A stretch of 64,000 nt of DNA from an uncultured Gammaproteobacteria bacterium (GTDB taxonomy: Bacteria; Patescibacteriota; Patescibacteriia; HK-STAS-PATE-3). How positions within the stretch are numbered: position 1 is the first letter of the stretch; each line of letters opens with the position of its first letter. The position numbers were made by a program, and so were the translations under genes. Positions 47,983-55,500 of the stretch are shown one piece after another. The notes under the pieces are model-generated. The model made no database searches. It saw only the letters and a list, made by a program, of their open reading frames with translations, and was not told the DNA's origin. The stretch spans positions 7,678-71,677 of the forward strand of contig CAZWTD010000003.1 in NCBI GenBank assembly GCA_964637345.1, written 5' to 3'.

Positions 47983-49299
47983 CTACGGAAGGTAGTCGAG
48001 TGGGTTCACCGGGAAACCGTTTGACCGAACCTCAAAATGCAAATGCGGTCCGGTTGTCAGCCATCCAGATCCAGCCACGCCGCGCGCCCCGCCCGATAAG
48101 CCGATAAGCTCCCCTTTTCGAACGAACTGGTCAGGTGTAACACTGACCTGACTCAGGTGCAGGTAAAAAGTAGAAATATCTCCGCCGTGGGAAAGGCGGA
48201 CCCAAGCATAACCAGGACGACCCGGTCCAATCATGTAGGGTGCTTGCACTGATGCAACATATCCATCAGCAGCCGCGCGCACCGGCGTTCCTTGCGGTAT
48301 TCCAATGTCCAATCCGCTGTGCGTTCCAAATGGATAGTTAGCATCATGAAAATACGCGGTAATAAGACGCGAGCTTACTGGCCAAGCTAGCTGAGAGGCT
48401 GTTCCAAGGAGTTCATCGATATCTACTCCGCTCTCAGCGAGTTTTTCGCGGAAGCGGCGTTCAAGCGCATCAGCTGTTGCAATTGAACTATCGTATTCGG
48501 ACTTCGCTTCCTCCGTAAGTTGTTGATAGGTAACCGCAGCTTCCTGGGCTTTACCGATGAGTTCCTCCTTAAAAAGGCGTTCCTGCTCTTGAGCGGTTTT
48601 ATTCGATTCAAGGCGCGTTTTTGCCTCCTCGGCTTCTGCGTGTTTGGCGCTAAGGCTCTCTTGCTGCAACTCAAGGTCTTTCTTTAAAACCGAAAGGCGC
48701 TCTAAACTCTTTTTCATCTCCCCTTCTACATCGTGAACCGCCTTGGACCGCATGAAATACTGCGAGAAGGTTTTGTTGAGCAGGGATATTTCCAAATAAC
48801 TCTGAGAGCTATTTCGATACATCATGCGCAGGAAATCCCCGATTCGACCCTTGGCATCATCGATTTCCTTCGAGCGCTTCTCTATTGAGCCCTCTACCTG
48901 CTGTATTTCTAGGCGTATTTTTTCAATCTCAACAGTCGCTCGCTCGATTTCGGTTGCAATCGACTCGAGCTCTGATTCAATTGATTCAACCTGATTTTGC
49001 AGCGAACTCGCTTCCCGCTCCTTCTGACGTGCGGTCTCCTGATAGGACTGCGCCCGCTTCTCGAGGTCTTCGAGCTGCTTTCGCTTTTCGTTTATCTGGG
49101 CATTCAGATCAAGAATTTCCTGAGTCTCTTGATCGGATATTCCTGTATCCTGTGCCTTTGTCAGTCGAATACTCCACAGCCCAAATCCAAGGCTTCCAAA
49201 AACAGCAACAGCGGCAAAAACCGCGATGCCTCGTAAAAAACGGAGTTTTTCAGCTTGATTCTTTGTGCTGGTTTTCTCCATGGGAATACAGTATAGCAC
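47983..49299 (-). CDS. M23 family metallopeptidase with N-terminal coiled-coil (EnvC/LytM-like murein endopeptidase)
   Basis: N-terminal TM, ~270-aa coiled-coil (repeated E/K/Q-rich heptads), C-terminal LytM domain HSGLDIG...D...GHLHFEV. Start GTG 49299 or ATG 49281 (MEKTSTKNQ...). Confidence 0.8.
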   Translation of the reverse strand: MLYCIPMEKTSTKNQAEKLRFLRGIAVFAAVAVFGSLGFGLWSIRLTKAQDTGISDQETQEILDLNAQINEKRKQLEDLEKRAQSYQETARQKEREASSLQNQVESIESELESIATEIERATVEIEKIRLEIQQVEGSIEKRSKEIDDAKGRIGDFLRMMYRNSSQSYLEISLLNKTFSQYFMRSKAVHDVEGEMKKSLERLSVLKKDLELQQESLSAKHAEAEEAKTRLESNKTAQEQERLFKEELIGKAQEAAVTYQQLTEEAKSEYDSSIATADALERRFREKLAESGVDIDELLGTASQLAWPVSSRLITAYFHDANYPFGTHSGLDIGIPQGTPVRAAADGYVASVQAPYMIGPGRPGYAWVRLSHGGDISTFYLHLSQVSVTPDQFVRKGELIGLSGGARGVAGSGWLTTGPHLHFEVRSNGFPVNPLDYLP

Positions 49300-49340
49300 A
49301 AAACACCCTGTTTTGAAAGCTTTTCTGTGGTTACTCTCCC

Positions 49341-50768
49341 CTAGCCTAAAATTTGCATTGCCTCTCGCGTGCGACGCAAGCTCTCCTCCTGCCCAAGAAA
49401 TTCCATGACTTCAAAATTTCCTGGGGAGGCTTTGAGCCCTGTAAGCGCGACCCGTAATGGCCACAGAACTGGCCCATTGCTTAACCCGGCTTGCGCAATC
49501 GAGGCAATCCAGTGCGCTTCGAGCTTATCCTTTTTCCACTCCCCTGCATACGCCTGAATACGCTCCTCGGAGAAACGAAGTGCGGCGAGTGTTTCGTCTT
49601 TTGGGGTCTGTCGATACGGAATGAGCTCTGGGTCAAGCTGATGCTCTGCGGTAAGGAAACGTAAAAGCTCAGGGATTTGATTCAAGTGTTCGATGCGATC
49701 GCGAATAAGCCGGAGCGCTTCTGGTAGACGAGCACGATACTCAGCGTTCAACGTAGTCGCGAAATGTTCCGAACGTACGGCAAGCTCGCGATCCGGAAGC
49801 GCCCGAATACAACTCGCATTCAGCCAGTCGAGCTTTTTCCGGTCGAAGGCTGCCGGTGCGCGCTGGATCCGTTCAATTGAAAACGCTTGAACGAGCTCGT
49901 CTAAGGAATAGCGCTCGCGGTCCCCGCTTGGATGCCAGCCCAAGAGCGCAATGAAGTTCACTACGGCTTCAGGAAGATATCCATCATCAAGAAATGTTTG
50001 CGCTGAGCTGGCGCCGTGTCGCTTCGATAATTTCTGACGATCAGCCCCAACGATGAGCGGCAAGTGGACAAACACTGGTGGTTCCCAGCCAAAGGCTTCG
50101 TACAGGAGGAGATGCTTTGGAAGTGAGGGTAACCACTCCTCGCCGCGAATCGCGTGAGAGATCATCATGAGATGGTCGTCGACAACAACCGCAAGATGAT
50201 AGGTTGGAAAGCCATCAGACTTTAAAAGTACAAAGTCGTCGAGTGTTTGGCTTTGAAACGGGACTGCGCCGCGAATCGCGTCTTGGCCAACGATCGTACG
50301 TTCATCAGGTACGCGCATACGAATGACGAAGGGTTCTGACGGACGCTCGGAGTACCGATCGCGACAATGGCCGTCGTAGCCCGGCGCTTGACCACTCCCC
50401 TGCTGTCCAGCACGCAAGGCCTCAAGCCGCTCGGATGAACACGTGCAATAATACGCTTTTCCTTCTCGAACAAGTTGCTCGGCGTGTTCACGATAGAGCT
50501 GAAGGCGTTCAGACTGGCGATACGGACCGTAGGGACCGCCTCGATCCGGTCCTTCGTCGTAATCCAGACCATAGGTTTTTAGCAATTGGAGCAGGCGTTG
50601 CTCTGCGCCCTCAACAAAGCGCTCTTGGTCAGTGTCCTCAATGCGCACGACAAAAACACCTCCGGATTGACGCGCTAAGAGCCAGTCGTATAAGGCAGTT
50701 CGTAGTCCGCCAATATGAAGCTCACCAGTTGGCGAAGGAGCGAACCGAACTCGAACTGGTGTGTTCAT
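49341..50768 (-). CDS. gltX: glutamyl-tRNA synthetase
   Basis: VRVRFAPSPTGELHIGGLRTALYDWL (HIGH), KLSKRHG (KMSKS), anticodon-binding helical domain; 475 aa. Confidence 0.9.
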   Translation of the reverse strand: MNTPVRVRFAPSPTGELHIGGLRTALYDWLLARQSGGVFVVRIEDTDQERFVEGAEQRLLQLLKTYGLDYDEGPDRGGPYGPYRQSERLQLYREHAEQLVREGKAYYCTCSSERLEALRAGQQGSGQAPGYDGHCRDRYSERPSEPFVIRMRVPDERTIVGQDAIRGAVPFQSQTLDDFVLLKSDGFPTYHLAVVVDDHLMMISHAIRGEEWLPSLPKHLLLYEAFGWEPPVFVHLPLIVGADRQKLSKRHGASSAQTFLDDGYLPEAVVNFIALLGWHPSGDRERYSLDELVQAFSIERIQRAPAAFDRKKLDWLNASCIRALPDRELAVRSEHFATTLNAEYRARLPEALRLIRDRIEHLNQIPELLRFLTAEHQLDPELIPYRQTPKDETLAALRFSEERIQAYAGEWKKDKLEAHWIASIAQAGLSNGPVLWPLRVALTGLKASPGNFEVMEFLGQEESLRRTREAMQILG

Positions 50769-51925
50769 ACTCGCGAAAGAAGATATGGGGTAAGAAGACC
50801 GATCACAACTCCAAGAAGAAGAATAAAACGCACGGGCCGCGTATACCGGAGAAACGGAAAAGCATTCGGATGTCGCAGCATTTTCCGTTCTTTTGCAAAA
50901 TGCTCGTACATTCGTAGAATAAGATACCCCTCTACCCCGAGAATCACCCCTCCGATAATCGAAATCACTCCAAGAACATTATTCACCCCAACAAGAACGA
51001 GTCCAAGGGGAATACCAAAGGTCAACAAATAGGCGGGTATTTCGTGGAACCCATAATCCAGGGTAAATATTTTCTTAAGGTTCATCCCTAGGGCCAAAAA
51101 CGCCATAAAGGTTGGGAAGAATCCCAGGAGATACACCAGGGTAAGAACGTTCTCCGGAAGAAAGGAGTGTAATCCAGAAAGACCGTCGCGTGTCGTCTGA
51201 AAGCCGCTGAGCGATCCGACGACAAGCGCAAAAACACCATACAGCGTTGCCGCGATAACTAGTGCCCAGGCTATCGAAGAAAAAAGCTTACGCCGATTTT
51301 TTCCGGCTAGCTCAGCCGCATCAGGAAGAACATTCGCTCCCCAGAGCGCAAAGAGAACAAGACCATACGGGAGAAGGGCTCGCGCGGGGTGAGCAAGGCT
51401 CACCGCATCACTCGAGAACTTCGGAATTCCAAAGACGGTCAGGAGGAGAATAAGTCCAGCAAATACCGAAACGAAGATTGTTTCTGTTCGGGCTACGCTG
51501 CGAGCTCCACGCGAAACGAGGTAAACGCCTCCAACAAAAAACAGGGCGAGATAAAAAAGATTGCTTCCACCGATAAGCGGTTGGAAAATATTCCCGAGGA
51601 AGTTGCTACCGATGAGAAGGTACGAAACGAGCGCCCCCCAGAGTCCGAGGGTTGTGGTTGCAAAGGCCAGGTGCTTCCAGTCGCTACCTAAGTAACGTTC
51701 AACATAACCCGGCAAACGATGCTTGCCGTCCGTTCCAAGAATAACTTCGGCATAGGATCGATTAATAAGATAAATAAGCATCCCTCCGACCCCAAAGGCT
51801 AACAAAAGAATACCAAAGCCTGACTGAATACCGATGAAGGGTAATCCGAAAAAACCGACTCCGATCATTGACCCAAGAAGGACGGAAATTGCGCTGAAAT
51901 TGGAAATCAATTTATTCCTGTCCAT
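50765..51925 (-). CDS. amino acid permease (aromatic amino acid/HAAAP- or AAAP-type transporter)
   Basis: Start at internal ATG 51925 (MDRNKLISNFSAISVLLGSMIGVGFFGLP...), 11 TM, N-terminal G-x-G-hydrophobic motif typical of Trp/Tyr permease-like families; ATGA overlap with gltX start. Confidence 0.55.
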   Translation of the reverse strand: MDRNKLISNFSAISVLLGSMIGVGFFGLPFIGIQSGFGILLLAFGVGGMLIYLINRSYAEVILGTDGKHRLPGYVERYLGSDWKHLAFATTTLGLWGALVSYLLIGSNFLGNIFQPLIGGSNLFYLALFFVGGVYLVSRGARSVARTETIFVSVFAGLILLLTVFGIPKFSSDAVSLAHPARALLPYGLVLFALWGANVLPDAAELAGKNRRKLFSSIAWALVIAATLYGVFALVVGSLSGFQTTRDGLSGLHSFLPENVLTLVYLLGFFPTFMAFLALGMNLKKIFTLDYGFHEIPAYLLTFGIPLGLVLVGVNNVLGVISIIGGVILGVEGYLILRMYEHFAKERKMLRHPNAFPFLRYTRPVRFILLLGVVIGLLTPYLLSRV

Positions 51926-52655
51926 CAGTACGGTAGCGTAGCACGGCAATTGGGAAGCGGACAACCGCTGTGAGAATGCGCTGAAAGCGCCAAGGTTGGA
52001 CAAGAAGCCGCCAAAACCACTCAAGCCCGATCCGACGCAGCCAGGCCGGTGCGCGACGAACTCGTCCCGCCAGGAAGTCAAAGGTCCCACCAACTCCAAC
52101 ACCAACGCGAACGCTCGGGAGTTCGTGGAGATGCCGCGTTAGCCAAAGCTCCTGCTTTGGTGAGCCAAAAGCGACAAGGAGGACATCTGGTTTAGCCGAC
52201 CGTATCATCTCGCAAAGCCTAGTATCGGAAACGCGTGTACCCCAGAAGCGAGAGCCGCTTTCCGCGCCGACTATCTTGAGTCCGGGGTAGCTCCGTTGAA
52301 GCGCCTGCGCTGCTGCGACCGCTACGCCAGGACGCGCCCCAAGGAGATACAGTTTGCGTCCTTGTTCGGCCGAGCGACGAGCAAGATCATGCACGAGATC
52401 CACCCCGGTCAAACGTATTCCGCGCGGTCGTTTGAGAAAACGTGCTGCCAGCTGAATACCAACACCATCGGGGAGAATCAAAGAGGCCTGGGTTATTGCG
52501 TGCTGCAGGTTATTATTAGCCGTCGCCTCCATTAAAATTTCAGGATTCAAGGTGACAACATGATTCCCGCGCGAACGGAAAAACCCGTCGAGCGTTTCGC
52601 GAAGCTCGGATTCGGAAATGCGGTCTACCGGAATACCAAGAATGCGTGATCTCAT
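51912..52655 (-). CDS. WecB/TagA/CpsF family glycosyltransferase (GT26; N-acetylmannosaminyl-type transferase)
   Basis: 247 aa; ILGIPVDRIS...VVTLNPEILMEA...ILPDGVGIQLAARF...LYLLGARPGVAVAAAQALQRSYPGLKIVG...FGSPKQELWL are family-defining blocks. Confidence 0.8.
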   Translation of the reverse strand: MRSRILGIPVDRISESELRETLDGFFRSRGNHVVTLNPEILMEATANNNLQHAITQASLILPDGVGIQLAARFLKRPRGIRLTGVDLVHDLARRSAEQGRKLYLLGARPGVAVAAAQALQRSYPGLKIVGAESGSRFWGTRVSDTRLCEMIRSAKPDVLLVAFGSPKQELWLTRHLHELPSVRVGVGVGGTFDFLAGRVRRAPAWLRRIGLEWFWRLLVQPWRFQRILTAVVRFPIAVLRYRTDGQE

Positions 52656-53200
52656 ATTGAAAGCGAAAAGCGCTGCATGAGATGATACTCAGGACCACGT
52701 GGATGAAGAACGCTCTCGTAGGCCTGAACCGATTTGACTGAGAGTTGGAATTGCGGAAGCCGTCGCCGAAGCAGCGTCCGGACTTCGTTCCGAGGAAGAG
52801 GTTTTTTCCATCGGCCGAGCGTTATATGCGGAACAAAACGATCGCGCTCACGTTTCGCTTCTCCTGAAGGGAGCACCCGGTCTATTGTGCGAAGAAGCGC
52901 CTCAAGACGTTTATTCGGCAAGCATTCAAGCGCGAGAATCCGAGCGCTCCCCTGCTCCGGAAAAACACAAAGACCTTTACTGAAGACAAAAAACGGAGAA
53001 TGGGGGCGGAGCGCTCGACGTAACGCTCTTTGGAGAAAGCTCCACCCCTCCGGCGCGATAGCGGAAAAGAAGCGCAGTGTAAGGTGGTACTGACGAATTG
53101 GCACTGCCTCCCACTCGCCAACAGGCTTGAGATTCGCCAACTGATCTGCAATGTGTTGTCGAAGCAGGCGCGAGGGTTGGAGGGCAAGAAAAAGTCGCAT
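52652..53200 (-). CDS. thpR: RNA 2',3'-cyclic phosphodiesterase / 2'-5' RNA ligase (2H phosphoesterase, LigT/ThpR)
   Basis: Two H-x-T/S-x motifs (HLTLRF and HITLGR) ~85 aa apart; start at ATG 53200 (track ORF begins with TTG 53245). Confidence 0.7.
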   Translation of the reverse strand: MRLFLALQPSRLLRQHIADQLANLKPVGEWEAVPIRQYHLTLRFFSAIAPEGWSFLQRALRRALRPHSPFFVFSKGLCVFPEQGSARILALECLPNKRLEALLRTIDRVLPSGEAKRERDRFVPHITLGRWKKPLPRNEVRTLLRRRLPQFQLSVKSVQAYESVLHPRGPEYHLMQRFSLSI

Positions 53201-53251
53201 ACGGGGACAAGAGAAAAAACCCGGAAATCGCTTGTAGTATACCAAAATTTA

Positions 53252-53260
53252 TGGTATATT
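53252..53260 (+). promoter_or_regulatory. extended -10 element TGGTATATT 7 nt upstream of ATG 53268 (possible leaderless transcript)
   Basis: Seen in 67-nt divergent gap between thpR and the secreted repeat protein gene. Confidence 0.3.
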
Positions 53261-53267
53261 ACTACGC

Positions 53268-54695
53268 ATGAATATCTACTCTATCCCCACCAAACGCATC
53301 GTGGCCGGCCTTCTTGTCGGCGTTTTTTGCTTAGTACTGCCGAATGTAGGACAAGCATTCACCTACAATAAAAATCAAATAATCAGCAACCAAGATTTGA
53401 CTGACTACCGCTCGATGAGCGTTTCGCGCGTCCAGTCTTTTCTTCGCTCACTCGGCGGAGCCCTTCAAGGAGTTCAATCAACAAATAACAGCGGGCAACA
53501 GCGCAGTGCGGCGCAGCTCATTGTTGAAACGAGCCAGCGCTTTCAATTAAATCCAAAATTCTTCCTCGTCCTTATTGAGAAGGAATCCGGCCTCGTCCGC
53601 GCACGAAAAACCGCTACGCAGTCACTTGTTGATTTCGCACTCGGGTATGGGTGCCCTGACGGAAGCGGCTGCAGTCAAGAATACAGGGGTTTCGGGAAGC
53701 AAATCGAAGCGGCCGGAAACCGTTTTCGAAACGGATATCTCGCAGACTTAGCGACGCGCGGGTACACGATTTCCGGGTGGGGCGTCGGCCGCACAAAAAC
53801 CACCGTCGACGGCGTATCTGTCACTCCACAAAATGAGGCGACGGCAGCCCTCTACACCTATAATCCCTGGGTTGGAAAATACGGAGGCGGAGATCCTCGT
53901 TGGGGTGCAAATTCGCTTTTCGCAAAACTCTGGGATGAATGGTTCAAAATTCATTACCCCGACGGAAGCTTACTCCGCGTTCGTGGGGAGGGCGGCATCT
54001 GGCTTATTAAAGCTGGGAAGCGACACCCCTTTCACTCCCGAAGCGCGTTCGATGCCGCGTATAGCCTCGACCACGTGATTGACGTATCACTCGCTGAGCT
54101 CCAGGCATACCCGATGGGCGCTGCAATCAAATACCCTGAATTCAGCCTGTTGCAAGGACCTGAAGGTGGGGTCTACCTCCTCGCGGATGGGAAAAAACGG
54201 CCCATCCCATCGCGGGCAATATTCGACGCGATCGGATTCAATACCTTTGAGATCATCCAGGTGACCGAAGCTGAGCTCACGCTCTACCCAACCGGAGAGC
54301 GGGTTGAAAGTCCGGATTCCTACCCGACGGGAATCCTCCTCCAGTCGCGCCAAAACGGTGGAATCAGTTACATCGAAAATGGAGTTCGTCATTCAATCTG
54401 GTCGCGAGAGATTCTCCAAAATCGCTTTAAGTACCGATCTTGGAAAGTAGTGGATCAGTCCGAAATCGATCGGTACGCGGCTGGCAATCCCGTAAAATTT
54501 AAGGACGGGGAAATTGTTACCTCGCCAGGCGCAAATGGCGTTTACCTCATCTCGAACGGTGAGCGCCGTCCAATTCCTAGCCCGGACATTCTCACCCGTC
54601 TCGGACTGAAGTGGCAGAACCTCATCCAAACGAGCGACCAAGCGCTTCTCCGCGCGCATCCGCTCGGCGCCCGGGTTGATTACGACGCCTCATAA
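53268..54695 (+). CDS. secreted protein with N-terminal ~230-aa domain and four tandem ~58-aa repeats (unknown function)
   Basis: Signal peptide MNIYSIPTKRIVAGLLVGVFCLVLPNVGQA; repeats with consensus [FY]P.G.L[LV]...GG[IV]YL[IL]..G.[KR]RPIPS..[IA]F...G....I..V...EL..YP.G at ~aa 235-292, 293-351, 352-410, 411-470. Confidence 0.5.
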   Translation: MNIYSIPTKRIVAGLLVGVFCLVLPNVGQAFTYNKNQIISNQDLTDYRSMSVSRVQSFLRSLGGALQGVQSTNNSGQQRSAAQLIVETSQRFQLNPKFFLVLIEKESGLVRARKTATQSLVDFALGYGCPDGSGCSQEYRGFGKQIEAAGNRFRNGYLADLATRGYTISGWGVGRTKTTVDGVSVTPQNEATAALYTYNPWVGKYGGGDPRWGANSLFAKLWDEWFKIHYPDGSLLRVRGEGGIWLIKAGKRHPFHSRSAFDAAYSLDHVIDVSLAELQAYPMGAAIKYPEFSLLQGPEGGVYLLADGKKRPIPSRAIFDAIGFNTFEIIQVTEAELTLYPTGERVESPDSYPTGILLQSRQNGGISYIENGVRHSIWSREILQNRFKYRSWKVVDQSEIDRYAAGNPVKFKDGEIVTSPGANGVYLISNGERRPIPSPDILTRLGLKWQNLIQTSDQALLRAHPLGARVDYDAS

Positions 54696-55490
54696 ATGCC
54701 CCTCGTCTTCTCAGCGATTGTTCCCCATCCTCCGCAGCTCACCCCAGGAGCAAAGCCCGGAACGGTACGCGACATTCGAAAAACTCAGCAGGCTTTTCAG
54801 GGGCTTGAGGAGCATCTGTACGCCGCGAAGCCTGACCTCCTCATTGTCATAAGCCCGCACGGCGATATCCAGCGGCATACCTGGCAGCTTCTTCTCGGAG
54901 AAACGCTGTCGGGAAACCTTGAGGAATTCGGAAATTTTGCCGAACAGATTCAGGTTCCCGGAAGTATTGGATTCAGCCACCGTGCGAAAGAACGCGCGGA
55001 AGACCACGGCTTCCCACTTCTTCTCAAGAGCGACTGTCCGCTTGACTATGCCACGACCATTCCGCTTCTTTTGCTCCTCCCCCACCTTCCCGACCTTCGC
55101 GTCGCACCGCTCCTCATTTCAGGCGAAGATGTAAGCTCACACTACGAATTCGGCAAAATGCTTCGGGAAGAAGTATTCGCAACGACTGATCGAATTGCGG
55201 TTATCGCTTCAGCAAATCTCTCTCATCGACTCACGCGAAATTCACCAAAAGGTTTTCACAAAGCTGGGAAACTCTTTGACGACAAGGTTCGCAGCGCCTT
55301 AGCCTCATCTGACCCGGACGCACTTCTTACGCTTCCGGACGACGTTGTCGAAGATGCGGTTTCCTGCGGGCTTCGCCCAATTGCCCTCCTCCTCGGACTC
55401 CATTACCGTCGCGCCTTCCGAGCTGACACCCTTTCCTACGAGTACCCTCACGGCATTGGGTATTACACAGCGCTCATCCAGTCGCCCTAA
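54696..55490 (+). CDS. LigB-type (class III extradiol dioxygenase subunit B / Memo superfamily) protein
   Basis: N-terminal MPLVFSAIVPHPPQL and ...LLIVISPHGD pattern resembles DODA/YgiD-type extradiol ring-cleavage dioxygenases (H-x-x-P, S-x-H metal ligands); family-level assignment only. Confidence 0.5.
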   Translation: MPLVFSAIVPHPPQLTPGAKPGTVRDIRKTQQAFQGLEEHLYAAKPDLLIVISPHGDIQRHTWQLLLGETLSGNLEEFGNFAEQIQVPGSIGFSHRAKERAEDHGFPLLLKSDCPLDYATTIPLLLLLPHLPDLRVAPLLISGEDVSSHYEFGKMLREEVFATTDRIAVIASANLSHRLTRNSPKGFHKAGKLFDDKVRSALASSDPDALLTLPDDVVEDAVSCGLRPIALLLGLHYRRAFRADTLSYEYPHGIGYYTALIQSP

Positions 55491-55500
55491 ACCTGAACCG

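Noticed and set aside
47868-48030. tRNA-like GGTTCA element and small hairpin (AGGCC-N15-GGCCT) in the convergent ftsQ/M23 gap
   Set aside because: The GGTTCACCGGG lies inside the M23 peptidase C-terminal coding region and no cloverleaf can be drawn. The 5-bp hairpin is too weak to call a terminator.
49300-49340. Hairpin CAAAACA-CCC-TGTTTTG as gltX terminator
   Set aside because: The stem is A/U-rich, only 7 bp, and not followed by a clear U-tract; it also overlaps the candidate M23 promoter. Too weak to report as a feature.
53201-53245. TTG-initiated 15-codon N-terminal extension of thpR
   Set aside because: The 2H-phosphoesterase fold starts at MRLFLAL (ATG 53200). The extension would remove the divergent promoter space and starts with a rare codon.
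54696-55490. Assignment as AmmeMemoRadiSam system protein B
   Set aside because: No AMMECR1 or radical SAM partner genes are adjacent, and the N-terminus fits DODA-type extradiol dioxygenases at least as well. Kept at superfamily level.
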